From: a virus
DNA: 64,000 nucleotides
Reading direction: 5' to 3' (one strand)
IMG/VR virus record: IMGVR_UViG_3300046506_000220
Span: 1 to 64,000 of that record
Under the pieces are notes generated by a model. It was not told the DNA's origin and made no database searches. It saw only the letters and a program-made list of their open reading frames with translations. Position 1 is the first letter of the stretch. Every line of letters begins with the position of its first letter. Below, one piece after another: positions 55,175-64,000 of the stretch. The translations under genes and the position numbers were made by a program.

Positions 55175-56168
55175 TGCGCATCTCCTGATACCTGCCGAGC
55201 ACTTCACTGCCCACCTCACCACTCACGCCGTGCTTCGTCAGGCACCGGCCCAGGATGTCCATCATGTCGAACGACTCGGTCTGCATCGAGATGTCGACGA
55301 AGTCCTCGCCGTTATCTGCAATCGGCTTGGTGGTCACCGCCCACGCATCGACCTCGAAGTCGATCTGCTCACCGGGCCTGAGCGCCACGCGCACCGCCAT
55401 GTCGTGGAACCGCCCGGGCGAAGCCGCAAGCGCCTCCTTCAGCTCGTCGAGCGTGAGCGTGACGTAGACGTTGCCCTCCGGATCCTCGCCGTGCGCGTAC
55501 GGCTGCAGGGAGCCGGGAAACAGCACGCGCACGCCGTCGATCATCTCGTCATAGGGGCGATGATCGTGACCGCTCACCACCACCTTCGTGTACGGGCGCA
55601 GCTCGAACAGCGGGATCGCGTTGTGCGGGTTCTCGTCGAATGTCACGCGGTCCCAGTGGCCGACCACGAGGTCATATTCCCTGTAGCCCTCGTTGCCCAG
55701 CTCGCGCGCCATCTCCTTCGAGTTCCTGAACGGGTGCCACGGCAGCACGCCCACGCGCAGGATGCCGTGCTCGATGACGGTCAGCTCGTCCTTGACCACG
55801 ACGATGTTCGGCATGCTGTCCAGCAGCTCGTAGAGCAGATCGAAGGAACTGGCCTTGTCCGAGTCGCGTGACGCATCATGGTTGCCGCGCACCAGCACGA
55901 ACCACGTCTTCGGGCGGCGGATCGCCGCGTCGCGGTACGCGATTGCGACCTTCAGCACGATCTCGGGCGCGACCACGTACGAGTTGAAGATGTCGCCCAG
56001 GCAGATGTTCATGTCGACCTCGGCGTCCAGCTCGTCCCTGAACTGGGCGAACTGGGCGGCTTCGCGCTCGCCGCGGCGGTGCAGCGGCACGCCCGTCTGG
56101 AATGACAGGCCGAGATGCGGGTCGCCGATGAACCCGATGGTCCGTTCCTGCAGAGTGATTGTTTTCAT
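55167..56168 (-). CDS. SbcD/Mre11-like metallophosphoesterase nuclease
   Basis: GDPHLG, GDIFN, GNHD, GH, GHDH and PGS motifs. Confidence 0.85.
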   Translation of the reverse strand: MKTITLQERTIGFIGDPHLGLSFQTGVPLHRRGEREAAQFAQFRDELDAEVDMNICLGDIFNSYVVAPEIVLKVAIAYRDAAIRRPKTWFVLVRGNHDASRDSDKASSFDLLYELLDSMPNIVVVKDELTVIEHGILRVGVLPWHPFRNSKEMARELGNEGYREYDLVVGHWDRVTFDENPHNAIPLFELRPYTKVVVSGHDHRPYDEMIDGVRVLFPGSLQPYAHGEDPEGNVYVTLTLDELKEALAASPGRFHDMAVRVALRPGEQIDFEVDAWAVTTKPIADNGEDFVDISMQTESFDMMDILGRCLTKHGVSGEVGSEVLGRYQEMRNA

Positions 56169-56215
56169 GTTGTGTGGTGGTGTGGTGGTGAAAGTGATGG
56201 TGGTGGTGGTAAAAC

Positions 56216-56797
56216 TCAGGCGTCCGGATCCGGATGCGGCGTCGAGTGCGCCTTCGCCGCAAGCAGGACCTTGATCTGGTGCACCACGTCGAAGAGCGCG
56301 CTGTGCGCATCGCCCTCAAACGGAATGAGCCGCTCGAACGGCGGCGGATCATGCGGAAAGTACCGGCCGCGCAGGAACGAGTTCATGTCGTTCACGTCCC
56401 GGTAGTAGAACGGGTTGGGCAGCGCGAACTGCCTGCAGTAGCTCTCGATGAACGGGTACTCGAAGTGACTCGGCTTGGCCCACAGGCGCAGGCTGTCGTT
56501 GGCGGGGTCGATGCCGGCGCGTGCCCATTCGACGAACGCCTGCATCACCACCTCGGGCTTTTCCGAGCGCTCGAAGATGCTGCGCAGGATGTGGCTCTTG
56601 TCCTTGAGCCACCACTCGCGTGTGCTCTCATCGAAGAACCGGCCGTGCGGCATCATCAGGCAGCGGTCGAACATGACGGGTGAGATCTCACCCGACTCCA
56701 TGTCAAAACGCACCGCTGCGATCTGGATGATCGCGGTGGTTTCAGGTGATGTCCCCGTTGTCTCCAGGTCCACCATCGCGTTAAGCATCTTAGTCAT
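56216..56797 (-). CDS. DEDDh 3'-5' exonuclease
   Basis: MVDLETTG; IIQIAAV; TREWW; HSALFD. Confidence 0.8.
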   Translation of the reverse strand: MTKMLNAMVDLETTGTSPETTAIIQIAAVRFDMESGEISPVMFDRCLMMPHGRFFDESTREWWLKDKSHILRSIFERSEKPEVVMQAFVEWARAGIDPANDSLRLWAKPSHFEYPFIESYCRQFALPNPFYYRDVNDMNSFLRGRYFPHDPPPFERLIPFEGDAHSALFDVVHQIKVLLAAKAHSTPHPDPDA

Positions 56798-57239
56798 TTC
56801 GTTGAACCAGTTGAGAGAACATTCTTGAATGTTCAAGTTTGTAGGGTTCAAGTTCAACCCAGCGTACTGACTTTGCATCGTGCTGGATAAATACCCGAGC
56901 CGGGACGACATACCATTGAGGGACGCTCTCGCGTCTGATCCAGAAGTAATACATGCCATCCGCCGCAATAACCTGACGGCACGCGGCCCACTGCGCCTTC
57001 CTGATCATTGAAAATGAAAATGAAGGTTCACTGAGGGTGCTTTTCACTTCGGAGTAAAACGTGTAGCCATCCCAGGTGACAAGATAGTCAGCGGGCTGGG
57101 CATCCTTGAAGGACGCGGACACGCCCGACTCGCCACGCACATGCGCGGTGTCGGTCAGGCGCTGGACGTACGCGCGCTTTCCGAAAGGTGCGAAGAAGGA
57201 AACGAATTCCGACTCCGCATCTTTCCAGATGCTCGTCAT
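56790..57239 (-). CDS. PD-(D/E)XK nuclease, RecU / Holliday junction resolvase-like
   Basis: PADY....SEVKST....Q motif. Confidence 0.6.
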   Translation of the reverse strand: MTSIWKDAESEFVSFFAPFGKRAYVQRLTDTAHVRGESGVSASFKDAQPADYLVTWDGYTFYSEVKSTLSEPSFSFSMIRKAQWAACRQVIAADGMYYFWIRRESVPQWYVVPARVFIQHDAKSVRWVELEPYKLEHSRMFSQLVQRND

Positions 57240-57309
57240 TTTCTTTGTGTTTACCGTGGTGGTGGTGTACGCAAAGTATAGCGAGCGTGAACCGTTTCGG
57301 TATCCTTTT

Positions 57310-60000
57310 TTATGCCGATACCACTTCGGCTTCATCGACCAGGATGTAATTCAGGATCGCCTCGCGCTCCTCTGCAGTGGCCCGTTGTTCCCACCGGTCT
57401 TCCGCCACGCATGGCACACCCTTCTGGATCTCCATCAGCTCGATCATCCCGCTCGGCGCCTTCTCCAGATCCCACGGCTGCATCGTCTTGCCGATCGCGA
57501 GTGATGAGTCGAGCTTCAGGGTGTTGAAGAGACCCCGCGGCTTGATCATCTCATCGTACAGCGTGTCGCAGAACCTCAGCACCTGCGAACGGGGCACGGA
57601 GTAAACCAGTTCGTCGTGGATCAGCAGGTAGAAGCGCGCGCGGAAACCTTCAAGCTTGATACGGGCCTTCATCGCAATCATGGTCTGCTTCGACAGTGCC
57701 GCGACCAGCCCCTGCACCTTCGCGTTGACCGCCTGGTTGCCGGCGCGGCGGTTGACCTTTTTGATCACCAGCTCACCGAACGCGGCAATCGCCGGGATCC
57801 CATAGGCCTCGAACTTGGCGCGCATCAGGTTGATCCACTCATAGGTCGCTTCGAACCGGTCGCGCCGGTGATGGTCGGGCAGCTCGACATAACCCTGGTC
57901 GCGGGCCTCCTGAATCGTGTCGACGCGCCACTGCTCGGCGACCGCAAAGGTGGCGCGGTACCGGTCGGTCATCTCCCACATGAACTCGCTCGACCAGCCG
58001 AGCGCTTCACCCGTGGTGCCGAGCGCGCCGGAGTACCAGTAACCAAAATTCGCTGGCTTGCCGATGTCCTTGCGCAGCTGCTTCCTGTCCTCGCGGGCGT
58101 TGTACTCCTCCTCGCTGATGCCCATCAGACCCGTCACGGCACGCTTGTGCAGGTCGTCGTGCGGCCGGTGGTCATAGGCCTGCGCAAAGGCGGGGTCGCC
58201 CGAGTACTCGCCGATCGTCACCAGCTCGACGGCCGACCAGTCAGCCGACACCAGCACGTGCTCCTCGCCCCCGGCGTCGTCGTCGTCGGCCTCGTAGAAG
58301 CCGCGCACGTACACGCTCTCGCCAAACTTGCTCAGCTGCTGGCCGTTGGGGGTGGCCATCGCGCTGCGGCGCGTGGCCAGCATCGACGACAGCACCGGGT
58401 ACACGCGGCCCGTATCCGGGTCGACCAGGCGCAGGTAGGGCGTCAGATACAGCTTCATGCGCTGCGCGATGCTGGCCATCTCCCTGAAGGTCCTGAACAC
58501 CGTCAGGCCCGCCTCGTAGCGCTCGATGTCACGCATGGCCACGCTCTCGCCGCGCGCGGCGAGCTTGATGTGCGCGTGGATCTCGCCCTTCCCGTCGAGC
58601 ACCGCGTCGCCCCACAGCTCGCGATGCTTCCTGATCCAGCGGCGCTCCAGCTCCTGCCGGCAGTCGTCATCACTTTGCGTCTTGCCGTCGGCCTGCATGT
58701 ACGAGCCGCGCAGCAGGTCGTAGAGGACCGTGCGCATCGGCATGTAGTGCACGAGGTTCACGCCCGTGGGCTCGCGCATCCTGCGCTCGGTGGCCCAGGC
58801 GTTCGACACGGGGCTGCGCACCTGCATGCACTGCGCGAAGTCGTCGTCGCTGTCGGCCGTGCTGGCCCAGTCCTCGATCTGCCTGCGGTACTTCCGGAAG
58901 CCCTCGCTGCCCTTCACCGGGTCCACATACCACCTGTCGTACTTCGCCAGCTTCTCGTGCGGCTCGTCCCCGAACGGCAGCAGCGTGCGGATCGCGGCCT
59001 TCATGATGCGCAGGTTGCGCGCCTCGTTTTCACGCTCGAGCGCACGCCGCTCGAACACCGCGCGCGCGTTGAGCTTGATGCCGTGCTGCCACACTTCGGA
59101 CGCCTCGCGCACGAAGGGCATCTCCTGCGTCATGAACGTGTCGAACACCGGGGGGTTGGTTTCCATGATGTACTGGAGCACGCGGTGGAAAAGCCGCATG
59201 CACCACCAGGCGTCATCCACGCCGTACTCAAAGGTTTCCTCGCCGGTCAGCTGTCCCATGTGCACGCGAGCGCCAAGCGTCTCCTCGTAGGTCGCCATGC
59301 GGTAACCGAACCAGCTCTCGACCGCGCGCTTGAGGTCATAGCCGATGCGGATGCCCGCGACGTAGCCGTTGTAGCTATGTGCGGCCGTCGACTCCTTGGC
59401 GCAGACCTTGTAGAGCAGATCCTCCTGTTCGGCCGTCATCGGCATGCCCTGCTCGTAGCCCGCGAACACACGCGCCACGGCCGGCAGCAGCTTCTCGATG
59501 CCACCCAGACCCGGTTCACGGAACCGGTCCTTGAAGTAGGTGTCGGGTGAATACGCCGACACGCACAGCTGCAACGTGCAGATGACGCGCTCACCCAGCT
59601 CGAAGCCGAGCGACTTCATCATCATCGTCCACTCGAAGTTCGCGTTATGAATGACCCAGTACGCATCCTCGGCCTTCGCAACAAGCAGCGCGCGCGCCTC
59701 TTCCCACGGCACGCGGTTCTCGATGTCCGCGTGCATCAGGTTGATGTAGTAGCCCGCCGCGTTTTCATCGGGGTAGAGCGAAAAGCCGCACACATCGGTG
59801 CGGTTCACGTCGAACACGAGCCGCGTTGAGGCGGACTTGCGCCCCTCGTCATCGGTCTTCAGGAATTCGTTCAGGCCCGCGTGACGGCGGGAGTCTTCCG
59901 TTTCAATGTCGAAGCCGATAAAGCCGGCCGCGGCAACCTCCGCGATGATCCTGGGTGCGATCTCGTGGAAGTTGCGCGCGTCAACGAGGACCTTGTCCAT
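57310..60000 (-). CDS. DNA polymerase, family A
   Basis: Exo motifs FDIET, HNANFE and YGVDD; motif A SADWSAVEL; motif B R..GKPANFGYWY; motif C IHDELV. Confidence 0.9.
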   Translation of the reverse strand: MDKVLVDARNFHEIAPRIIAEVAAAGFIGFDIETEDSRRHAGLNEFLKTDDEGRKSASTRLVFDVNRTDVCGFSLYPDENAAGYYINLMHADIENRVPWEEARALLVAKAEDAYWVIHNANFEWTMMMKSLGFELGERVICTLQLCVSAYSPDTYFKDRFREPGLGGIEKLLPAVARVFAGYEQGMPMTAEQEDLLYKVCAKESTAAHSYNGYVAGIRIGYDLKRAVESWFGYRMATYEETLGARVHMGQLTGEETFEYGVDDAWWCMRLFHRVLQYIMETNPPVFDTFMTQEMPFVREASEVWQHGIKLNARAVFERRALERENEARNLRIMKAAIRTLLPFGDEPHEKLAKYDRWYVDPVKGSEGFRKYRRQIEDWASTADSDDDFAQCMQVRSPVSNAWATERRMREPTGVNLVHYMPMRTVLYDLLRGSYMQADGKTQSDDDCRQELERRWIRKHRELWGDAVLDGKGEIHAHIKLAARGESVAMRDIERYEAGLTVFRTFREMASIAQRMKLYLTPYLRLVDPDTGRVYPVLSSMLATRRSAMATPNGQQLSKFGESVYVRGFYEADDDDAGGEEHVLVSADWSAVELVTIGEYSGDPAFAQAYDHRPHDDLHKRAVTGLMGISEEEYNAREDRKQLRKDIGKPANFGYWYSGALGTTGEALGWSSEFMWEMTDRYRATFAVAEQWRVDTIQEARDQGYVELPDHHRRDRFEATYEWINLMRAKFEAYGIPAIAAFGELVIKKVNRRAGNQAVNAKVQGLVAALSKQTMIAMKARIKLEGFRARFYLLIHDELVYSVPRSQVLRFCDTLYDEMIKPRGLFNTLKLDSSLAIGKTMQPWDLEKAPSGMIELMEIQKGVPCVAEDRWEQRATAEEREAILNYILVDEAEVVSA

Positions 60001-60191
60001 CAGCCGATCCTCTTCACGCGATGGAACAGCGAATCGAGCATGATCAGGCTCACCCGCCCGTCCATGCGCAGATCCTCGTTCTCGTAATGGACCGTGTCAT
60101 CCAGCACCTGCGTGACGACGTGCACGTTGCCGGTTCGCTTGCAGCGGATGAGCTGCCCCGGCTGCGGGAGTTGGGGTAGTTCGTCGGTCAT
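60000..60191 (-). CDS. Hypothetical protein
   Basis: Coupled at both ends. Confidence 0.55.
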   Translation of the reverse strand: MTDELPQLPQPGQLIRCKRTGNVHVVTQVLDDTVHYENEDLRMDGRVSLIMLDSLFHRVKRIG

Positions 60192-60973
60192 ATCATGAAC
60201 TCCGTGAGGATCTCGTTCATCTTCTGGTCGTCTGGCACCCCAACGACCAGGTGCCGGGTGATCAGCGCTTCATCAACATCGAAGAAGCCGATGATCTCCC
60301 ACATGCCCCTGAGCGCGGCGTCATTGCCTGGCGTCCTGAGCCAGTTCAGTGCGCGGCAGTCATTGATGCCCAGCGCCTCGCCTTCCGCGTCCCAGTCGGG
60401 CGTCGCACCTTCGGTGAAGAACTGCATCCAGCGCGCCCGGTCACACCGCTCCCAGGACTTCTCACCGAAGAACGGGAGGCCTGTGATCTTGTCCGCGTTA
60501 TCCCCCACCAGCGCCTTGTACAGACGCACTTCAGTCCAGTCTGTGTTTTCGTAGCGGATGTTCTCGCGCCCGACGATCTGCGTGTGCCTGCCATCACACA
60601 GCGCGAGCATGTCGCCATCGGTCGAGTGGATGCGGATCGCGTCCGCGATCGGCGCATACAGCCGGTGCAGCTTGGCGATCACGTCGTCCGCCTCCCAGCC
60701 GGGGATCTCCAGTGACATGCAGCGCGTGGCCGGCAGCACCTGCTTGAACAGGTCCATCGTCCGGTAGAACACGTCAGAGGCCCTCGCGCGGCCGACCTTG
60801 TAGCCGGGATACAGCGCGCGGCGTCGCGCCTTCGCGTTGTAGCCGTCCCAGACGAACAGGATCGGGTCGAAGCGCGGATAGGCGTTCAGCTCGAACAGGT
60901 AGGCGCGGATCGAGCCGTAGGTTTCGAAGTTGATGCGGAAGATGTTGTTGCCATCGATGATATGAAACGGCAT
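60188..60973 (-). CDS. 5'-3' exonuclease / flap endonuclease
   Basis: IIDGNN; WDG; R..LYPGYK..R; EADDVI; STDGD; GDNADKI.G. Confidence 0.88.
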   Translation of the reverse strand: MPFHIIDGNNIFRINFETYGSIRAYLFELNAYPRFDPILFVWDGYNAKARRRALYPGYKVGRARASDVFYRTMDLFKQVLPATRCMSLEIPGWEADDVIAKLHRLYAPIADAIRIHSTDGDMLALCDGRHTQIVGRENIRYENTDWTEVRLYKALVGDNADKITGLPFFGEKSWERCDRARWMQFFTEGATPDWDAEGEALGINDCRALNWLRTPGNDAALRGMWEIIGFFDVDEALITRHLVVGVPDDQKMNEILTEFMI

Positions 60974-60994
60974 ACAGGCCCTCCCGGAACGAAG

Positions 60995-61028
60995 AAAAGC
61001 CGCAGGCCTGGGTATCAGCCTGCGGCTT
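60995..61028 (-). terminator. Rho-independent terminator after the SSB-like gene
   Basis: Stem AAGCCGCAGGC..GCCTGCGGCTT, followed by a short T-run on the minus strand. Confidence 0.65.
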
Positions 61029-61047
61029 GCGTGGAACGCAGCGACGC

Positions 61048-61755
61048 TTACGCGTGCTCTTCCGAGTAGACGCCGAGCGGCTCAAACGTCATGACGCCCC
61101 ACTCGTTGCCTTCCTTGTTCTTCATCTTCCGGAAGCTGACCTGCACCTCGACCTGCTGGTCGAGCAGGCCCTCGGCAGTGGCCTTGTTGTAGAAGTCGCG
61201 CCACTCGCGAAAGCCGGTGGTCGAGGTGGCGTAGCCCACGCGCTGACCCTTCTTCGCCAGCACAACCTTCTTCGGCGACACGACGTCCTCGGTGAGGACC
61301 ATCGGGATGTCAACGGCCGAGTACGGCCTGGCCTTGTTATCGAGGCTGCAGGCGCGCTCGATTGCCGCCGACCACGGAATGCCCTTGTCGGACATCACGC
61401 CGTCGTAGGTCGACCAGTACTGCGCCGGGTTGCCCGCCTTGATCGAGTACTTGGGCGAGAAGCCCACGCCATCGGTCATGTCGATGATGGCGACGAACGT
61501 CGAGATCAGCTCGTCCGACTGCCCGAAGATCAGGCCGAACTCCTTGACCTTGACCCACAGGTCGACGTTCATGCCACCCGTCATCAGCTGCTCCATCGAC
61601 ACCTTCTTGCCGGGGGGCAAGGCAGCGGCAACGGCGGTGCTGGCTGCCGGGACGACAGCGGTGCCAGTGACAGCGGTGGTGCCCGCAGCAGCGGTGGCGA
61701 CCGTGCCAGCGGCGGCCTGGGCTTTTGCAATTGCTTCCTGAATTTTGTCAGTCAT
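61048..61755 (-). CDS. Putative single-stranded DNA-binding protein
   Basis: AAGGA RBS; has its own promoter-like region and terminator inside the replication module; acidic C-terminus; function inferred from context. Confidence 0.45.
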   Translation of the reverse strand: MTDKIQEAIAKAQAAAGTVATAAAGTTAVTGTAVVPAASTAVAAALPPGKKVSMEQLMTGGMNVDLWVKVKEFGLIFGQSDELISTFVAIIDMTDGVGFSPKYSIKAGNPAQYWSTYDGVMSDKGIPWSAAIERACSLDNKARPYSAVDIPMVLTEDVVSPKKVVLAKKGQRVGYATSTTGFREWRDFYNKATAEGLLDQQVEVQVSFRKMKNKEGNEWGVMTFEPLGVYSEEHA

Positions 61756-61909
61756 GATTTTGATCCTTAGCCAGTTTAAGTTTGATATCGCCCTACCTCA
61801 CCCCCGTGGTGGAGGGGGTGAGTCCGAAGATATTATCTTCGAACTTCTAACGATTCAACCTGTTTTATCTGATAGATCAGGCTGAATGTGTGCTGTCTCA
61901 CAGTCCCCT

Positions 61910-63349
61910 TCAGGAGACGTCATTCATGGCCATTTTGCGGGCCGGCGCGGCGCTTTTGTCGAACATCGTCTGCTGCTCCTGCCGGCGTTGTTCGGACAAC
62001 GAGAAGACTTCTTTTGACGGGTCAACCAGATGCGCGTCGCGTGATTTCTGTTCAACGATCTGGAAGATGCGCTGATCAATCGAATGCCGGTATTCCAGCA
62101 GGTAGATCAGCAGCGACTTCTCGCGTTTGCCACGGATGCCCCGTCGATAGGCCTGCACGAAGCTGTCATCCATGTAGTTCAGCGACGTGAACACCATCGT
62201 GTGCAGGTGCTGCCAGTTAAAGCCCACGCCTGCTGTATCGGTGGAGGCCACCACGCAGTCAAGCAGGCCACTGCGGAACTGGTTATCGATCACCGCACGG
62301 CGGGCCGACGATACATTGCCGTTGATGAGCGCGGTGCGCAGCCCCATCGAGCTGGCGAGGCGCCCGATCCGTTCCTGCTCGGGAATGAGCGCGGCGAACA
62401 CCGCGAGCGGCTCGCCCGACTGCACCGCATCGGCCAGATGGATGATCAGGCGTTCGTCCTTGCCGGTACGCTCGCCCGCAGCCAGCCCGAACGATTCCGG
62501 GTGGGCCATGATCTGGCGACAGCGCATCGCGTTCAGAGCCGGCGACTCGCCGTTGAGGAACGAATCCTCCAGCTCGACGAGCGCCTTCTCTTCCATCTCG
62601 TCATACGCCGCACGCTGTTTCGGCGACATGTCGCACAGCTCGGTAACGATCACCTTGGCCTCAGGCCCGTGGATCTCCTCAAACGTGTGACGTACCGCTA
62701 TCTTCGAAAGCACGGCCCCAAGGTGCGCATGGTTCTGCCAGCCGATCGTCTTGCCGGATGCGTCGGTGACCCGGTGGTAGTTCAGAAAACCGTTGAGCGT
62801 GCCGTAGAAACGCGGCTCGATCGCCTCCAGCACCGGGTAGGCACTCGAGATCTTTCCCTTGATGATGGTCCCCGTCATGCCGACGAAGTACGACAGGGTC
62901 TTCATCGCCTGGAGGAACGCCTGCGTACGCTTCGCGTTGTAGCCCGACCAGCCGAGGTGGATCTCGTCGCCAACCAGCGCGGCCAGCTCCGGGTGCCAGC
63001 TCTTCATGCGTTCCCAGTCGTCGCCAAAGCGCTCGAAGCCCATCAGGAACACCTTCGCCTGCGGGTTGCGCATCTGGCGCTCGCGCCGCGCCTTGTCGCC
63101 GTCGATGATCTGGACGTCGTCTTTCGTGAAGCGCGTGAACTCCAGGATCTCATCCCGGTTCTTGCGCAAGAGCGACATCGGCATCACGAAGAACGACTTC
63201 ACGCCCTTCTCATGCCACAGGTAGTCCATGTAGACCACCGCGCTGCCCGTCTTCTGGCACGCCGGATCGCTCAGGTTCAGGCACCTGGGCGTCATCATGT
63301 AAAACGTCAGGTCCGCGATCTGGTGATCGCGAAGTGCTTTCTTTTCCAT
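61910..63349 (-). CDS. SNF2-like superfamily 2 helicase
   Basis: LRDHQ; DEIH; MTGT; ING..S...R; AGVGFN; QAYRRGIRG. Confidence 0.8.
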   Translation of the reverse strand: MEKKALRDHQIADLTFYMMTPRCLNLSDPACQKTGSAVVYMDYLWHEKGVKSFFVMPMSLLRKNRDEILEFTRFTKDDVQIIDGDKARRERQMRNPQAKVFLMGFERFGDDWERMKSWHPELAALVGDEIHLGWSGYNAKRTQAFLQAMKTLSYFVGMTGTIIKGKISSAYPVLEAIEPRFYGTLNGFLNYHRVTDASGKTIGWQNHAHLGAVLSKIAVRHTFEEIHGPEAKVIVTELCDMSPKQRAAYDEMEEKALVELEDSFLNGESPALNAMRCRQIMAHPESFGLAAGERTGKDERLIIHLADAVQSGEPLAVFAALIPEQERIGRLASSMGLRTALINGNVSSARRAVIDNQFRSGLLDCVVASTDTAGVGFNWQHLHTMVFTSLNYMDDSFVQAYRRGIRGKREKSLLIYLLEYRHSIDQRIFQIVEQKSRDAHLVDPSKEVFSLSEQRRQEQQTMFDKSAAPARKMAMNDVS

Positions 63350-64000
63350 TCAGGCAGACCTCCCCCGTGGTGCCGGCAGGTCCGACAGCGGGTCCTCGCG
63401 GCGCGCGTAGCGGCGCAAGGCGGTCATGCCGAGCGCCTCGAGCGGCAGGGAGATGATGGGGCTCTCCTCGCCGGCCAGCAGCGTCGAGCGGATGCGTTGC
63501 GCGGGCTTGCGCACGATGAGGTCGGCGGTGCCCGTGATCACCACCCGGCGCGGGGTGGTCAGGCACTGGTTGGCGACCTCATCGATCAGCCGCTGGTGCT
63601 TCGGATTCGCCTGCGTGAGCACCAGCGGCTGCACGTTGGTGCGGGTCAGCTCGGTGCGCAGGTCGGTGGCGGTGAAATGCCAGATCGGGCGCACGATCGG
63701 CGCGATCGGACTGCTCATGCGCGAGAGCGACAGCAGGATCACGTTCATCTCGTCGTTGGTGTCCTCGAGGATGAACACGCCCGCTTCAAGCGCATCTTTC
63801 GGCAGCGGCAGCATGGCCTTCACCAGGGGGTCGGTCACGAGCTGCTGGAACTGTTTCCAGTGGCTCGCATCCGGCACCACGGCACTCACCGGAAACAGAT
63901 GGTTGCAGGGCAGGCGCCGGGGTGTCTGCACGACAAAGGGCGAGGCCTGCTTCAGCGACAGGAAATTGGTGGCCGCGCGCCCCTGATGCAGATAGGCGAT
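63350..64000 (-). CDS. Hypothetical protein, 5' end beyond the window
   Basis: Reading frame stays open to the window edge; its stop abuts the helicase ATG. Confidence 0.55.
   Translation of the reverse strand: MAYLHQGRAATNFLSLKQASPFVVQTPRRLPCNHLFPVSAVVPDASHWKQFQQLVTDPLVKAMLPLPKDALEAGVFILEDTNDEMNVILLSLSRMSSPIAPIVRPIWHFTATDLRTELTRTNVQPLVLTQANPKHQRLIDEVANQCLTTPRRVVITGTADLIVRKPAQRIRSTLLAGEESPIISLPLEALGMTALRRYARREDPLSDLPAPRGRSA

Noticed and set aside
51642-60000. Modified-base (e.g. Z-DNA) pathway suggested by MazG-like plus PolA genes
   Set aside because: No PurZ, DatZ or other base-modification genes recognised, and the radical SAM enzyme is SPASM-type in tail context rather than QueE-like.
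1-64000. Linear N15-like phage-plasmid, tRNA genes, att sites
   Set aside because: No protelomerase, long telomere palindrome, tRNA cloverleaf or integrase noticed; they could lie outside the window.

Overview
The window is most of the genome of a GC-rich tailed phage with a siphovirus-type (lambda-like M-L-K-I-J) tail. It also carries a complete plasmid replicon, so it is most likely a phage-plasmid; the H-NS homologue hints weakly at a betaproteobacterial host. In order: a repeat-rich left end, an HNH-AP2 endonuclease, a primase-helicase and a toxin-antitoxin (TA) pair; terminase, portal, protease/scaffold, capsid, neck and tail genes, with a tape measure carrying a lytic transglycosylase domain; tail-tip genes interrupted by a tnpB-only IS200/IS605 element; two fibre modules; a lysis cassette; ParA, an RHH partner, an iteron origin and a Rep_3 initiator; small hypothetical genes, H-NS and a second TA pair; and a leftward DNA-metabolism operon (SbcCD-like pair, exonucleases, resolvase-like nuclease, family A polymerase, SSB-like protein, SNF2-like helicase). 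I recognised no integrase, protelomerase, CI repressor, tRNA or CRISPR array. The top candidate for a novel system is at 30101-33956: a tail fibre whose Cys-rich NCNCNCACT motif sits directly before a non-splicing Hint autoprocessing domain, coupled to an accessory gene and a radical SAM/SPASM enzyme. This suggests post-translational maturation of a virion fibre tip. Also notable is the TnpB element, whose ends rebuild both overlapping tail genes it interrupts. All calls come from reading motifs by eye; no database searches were run.
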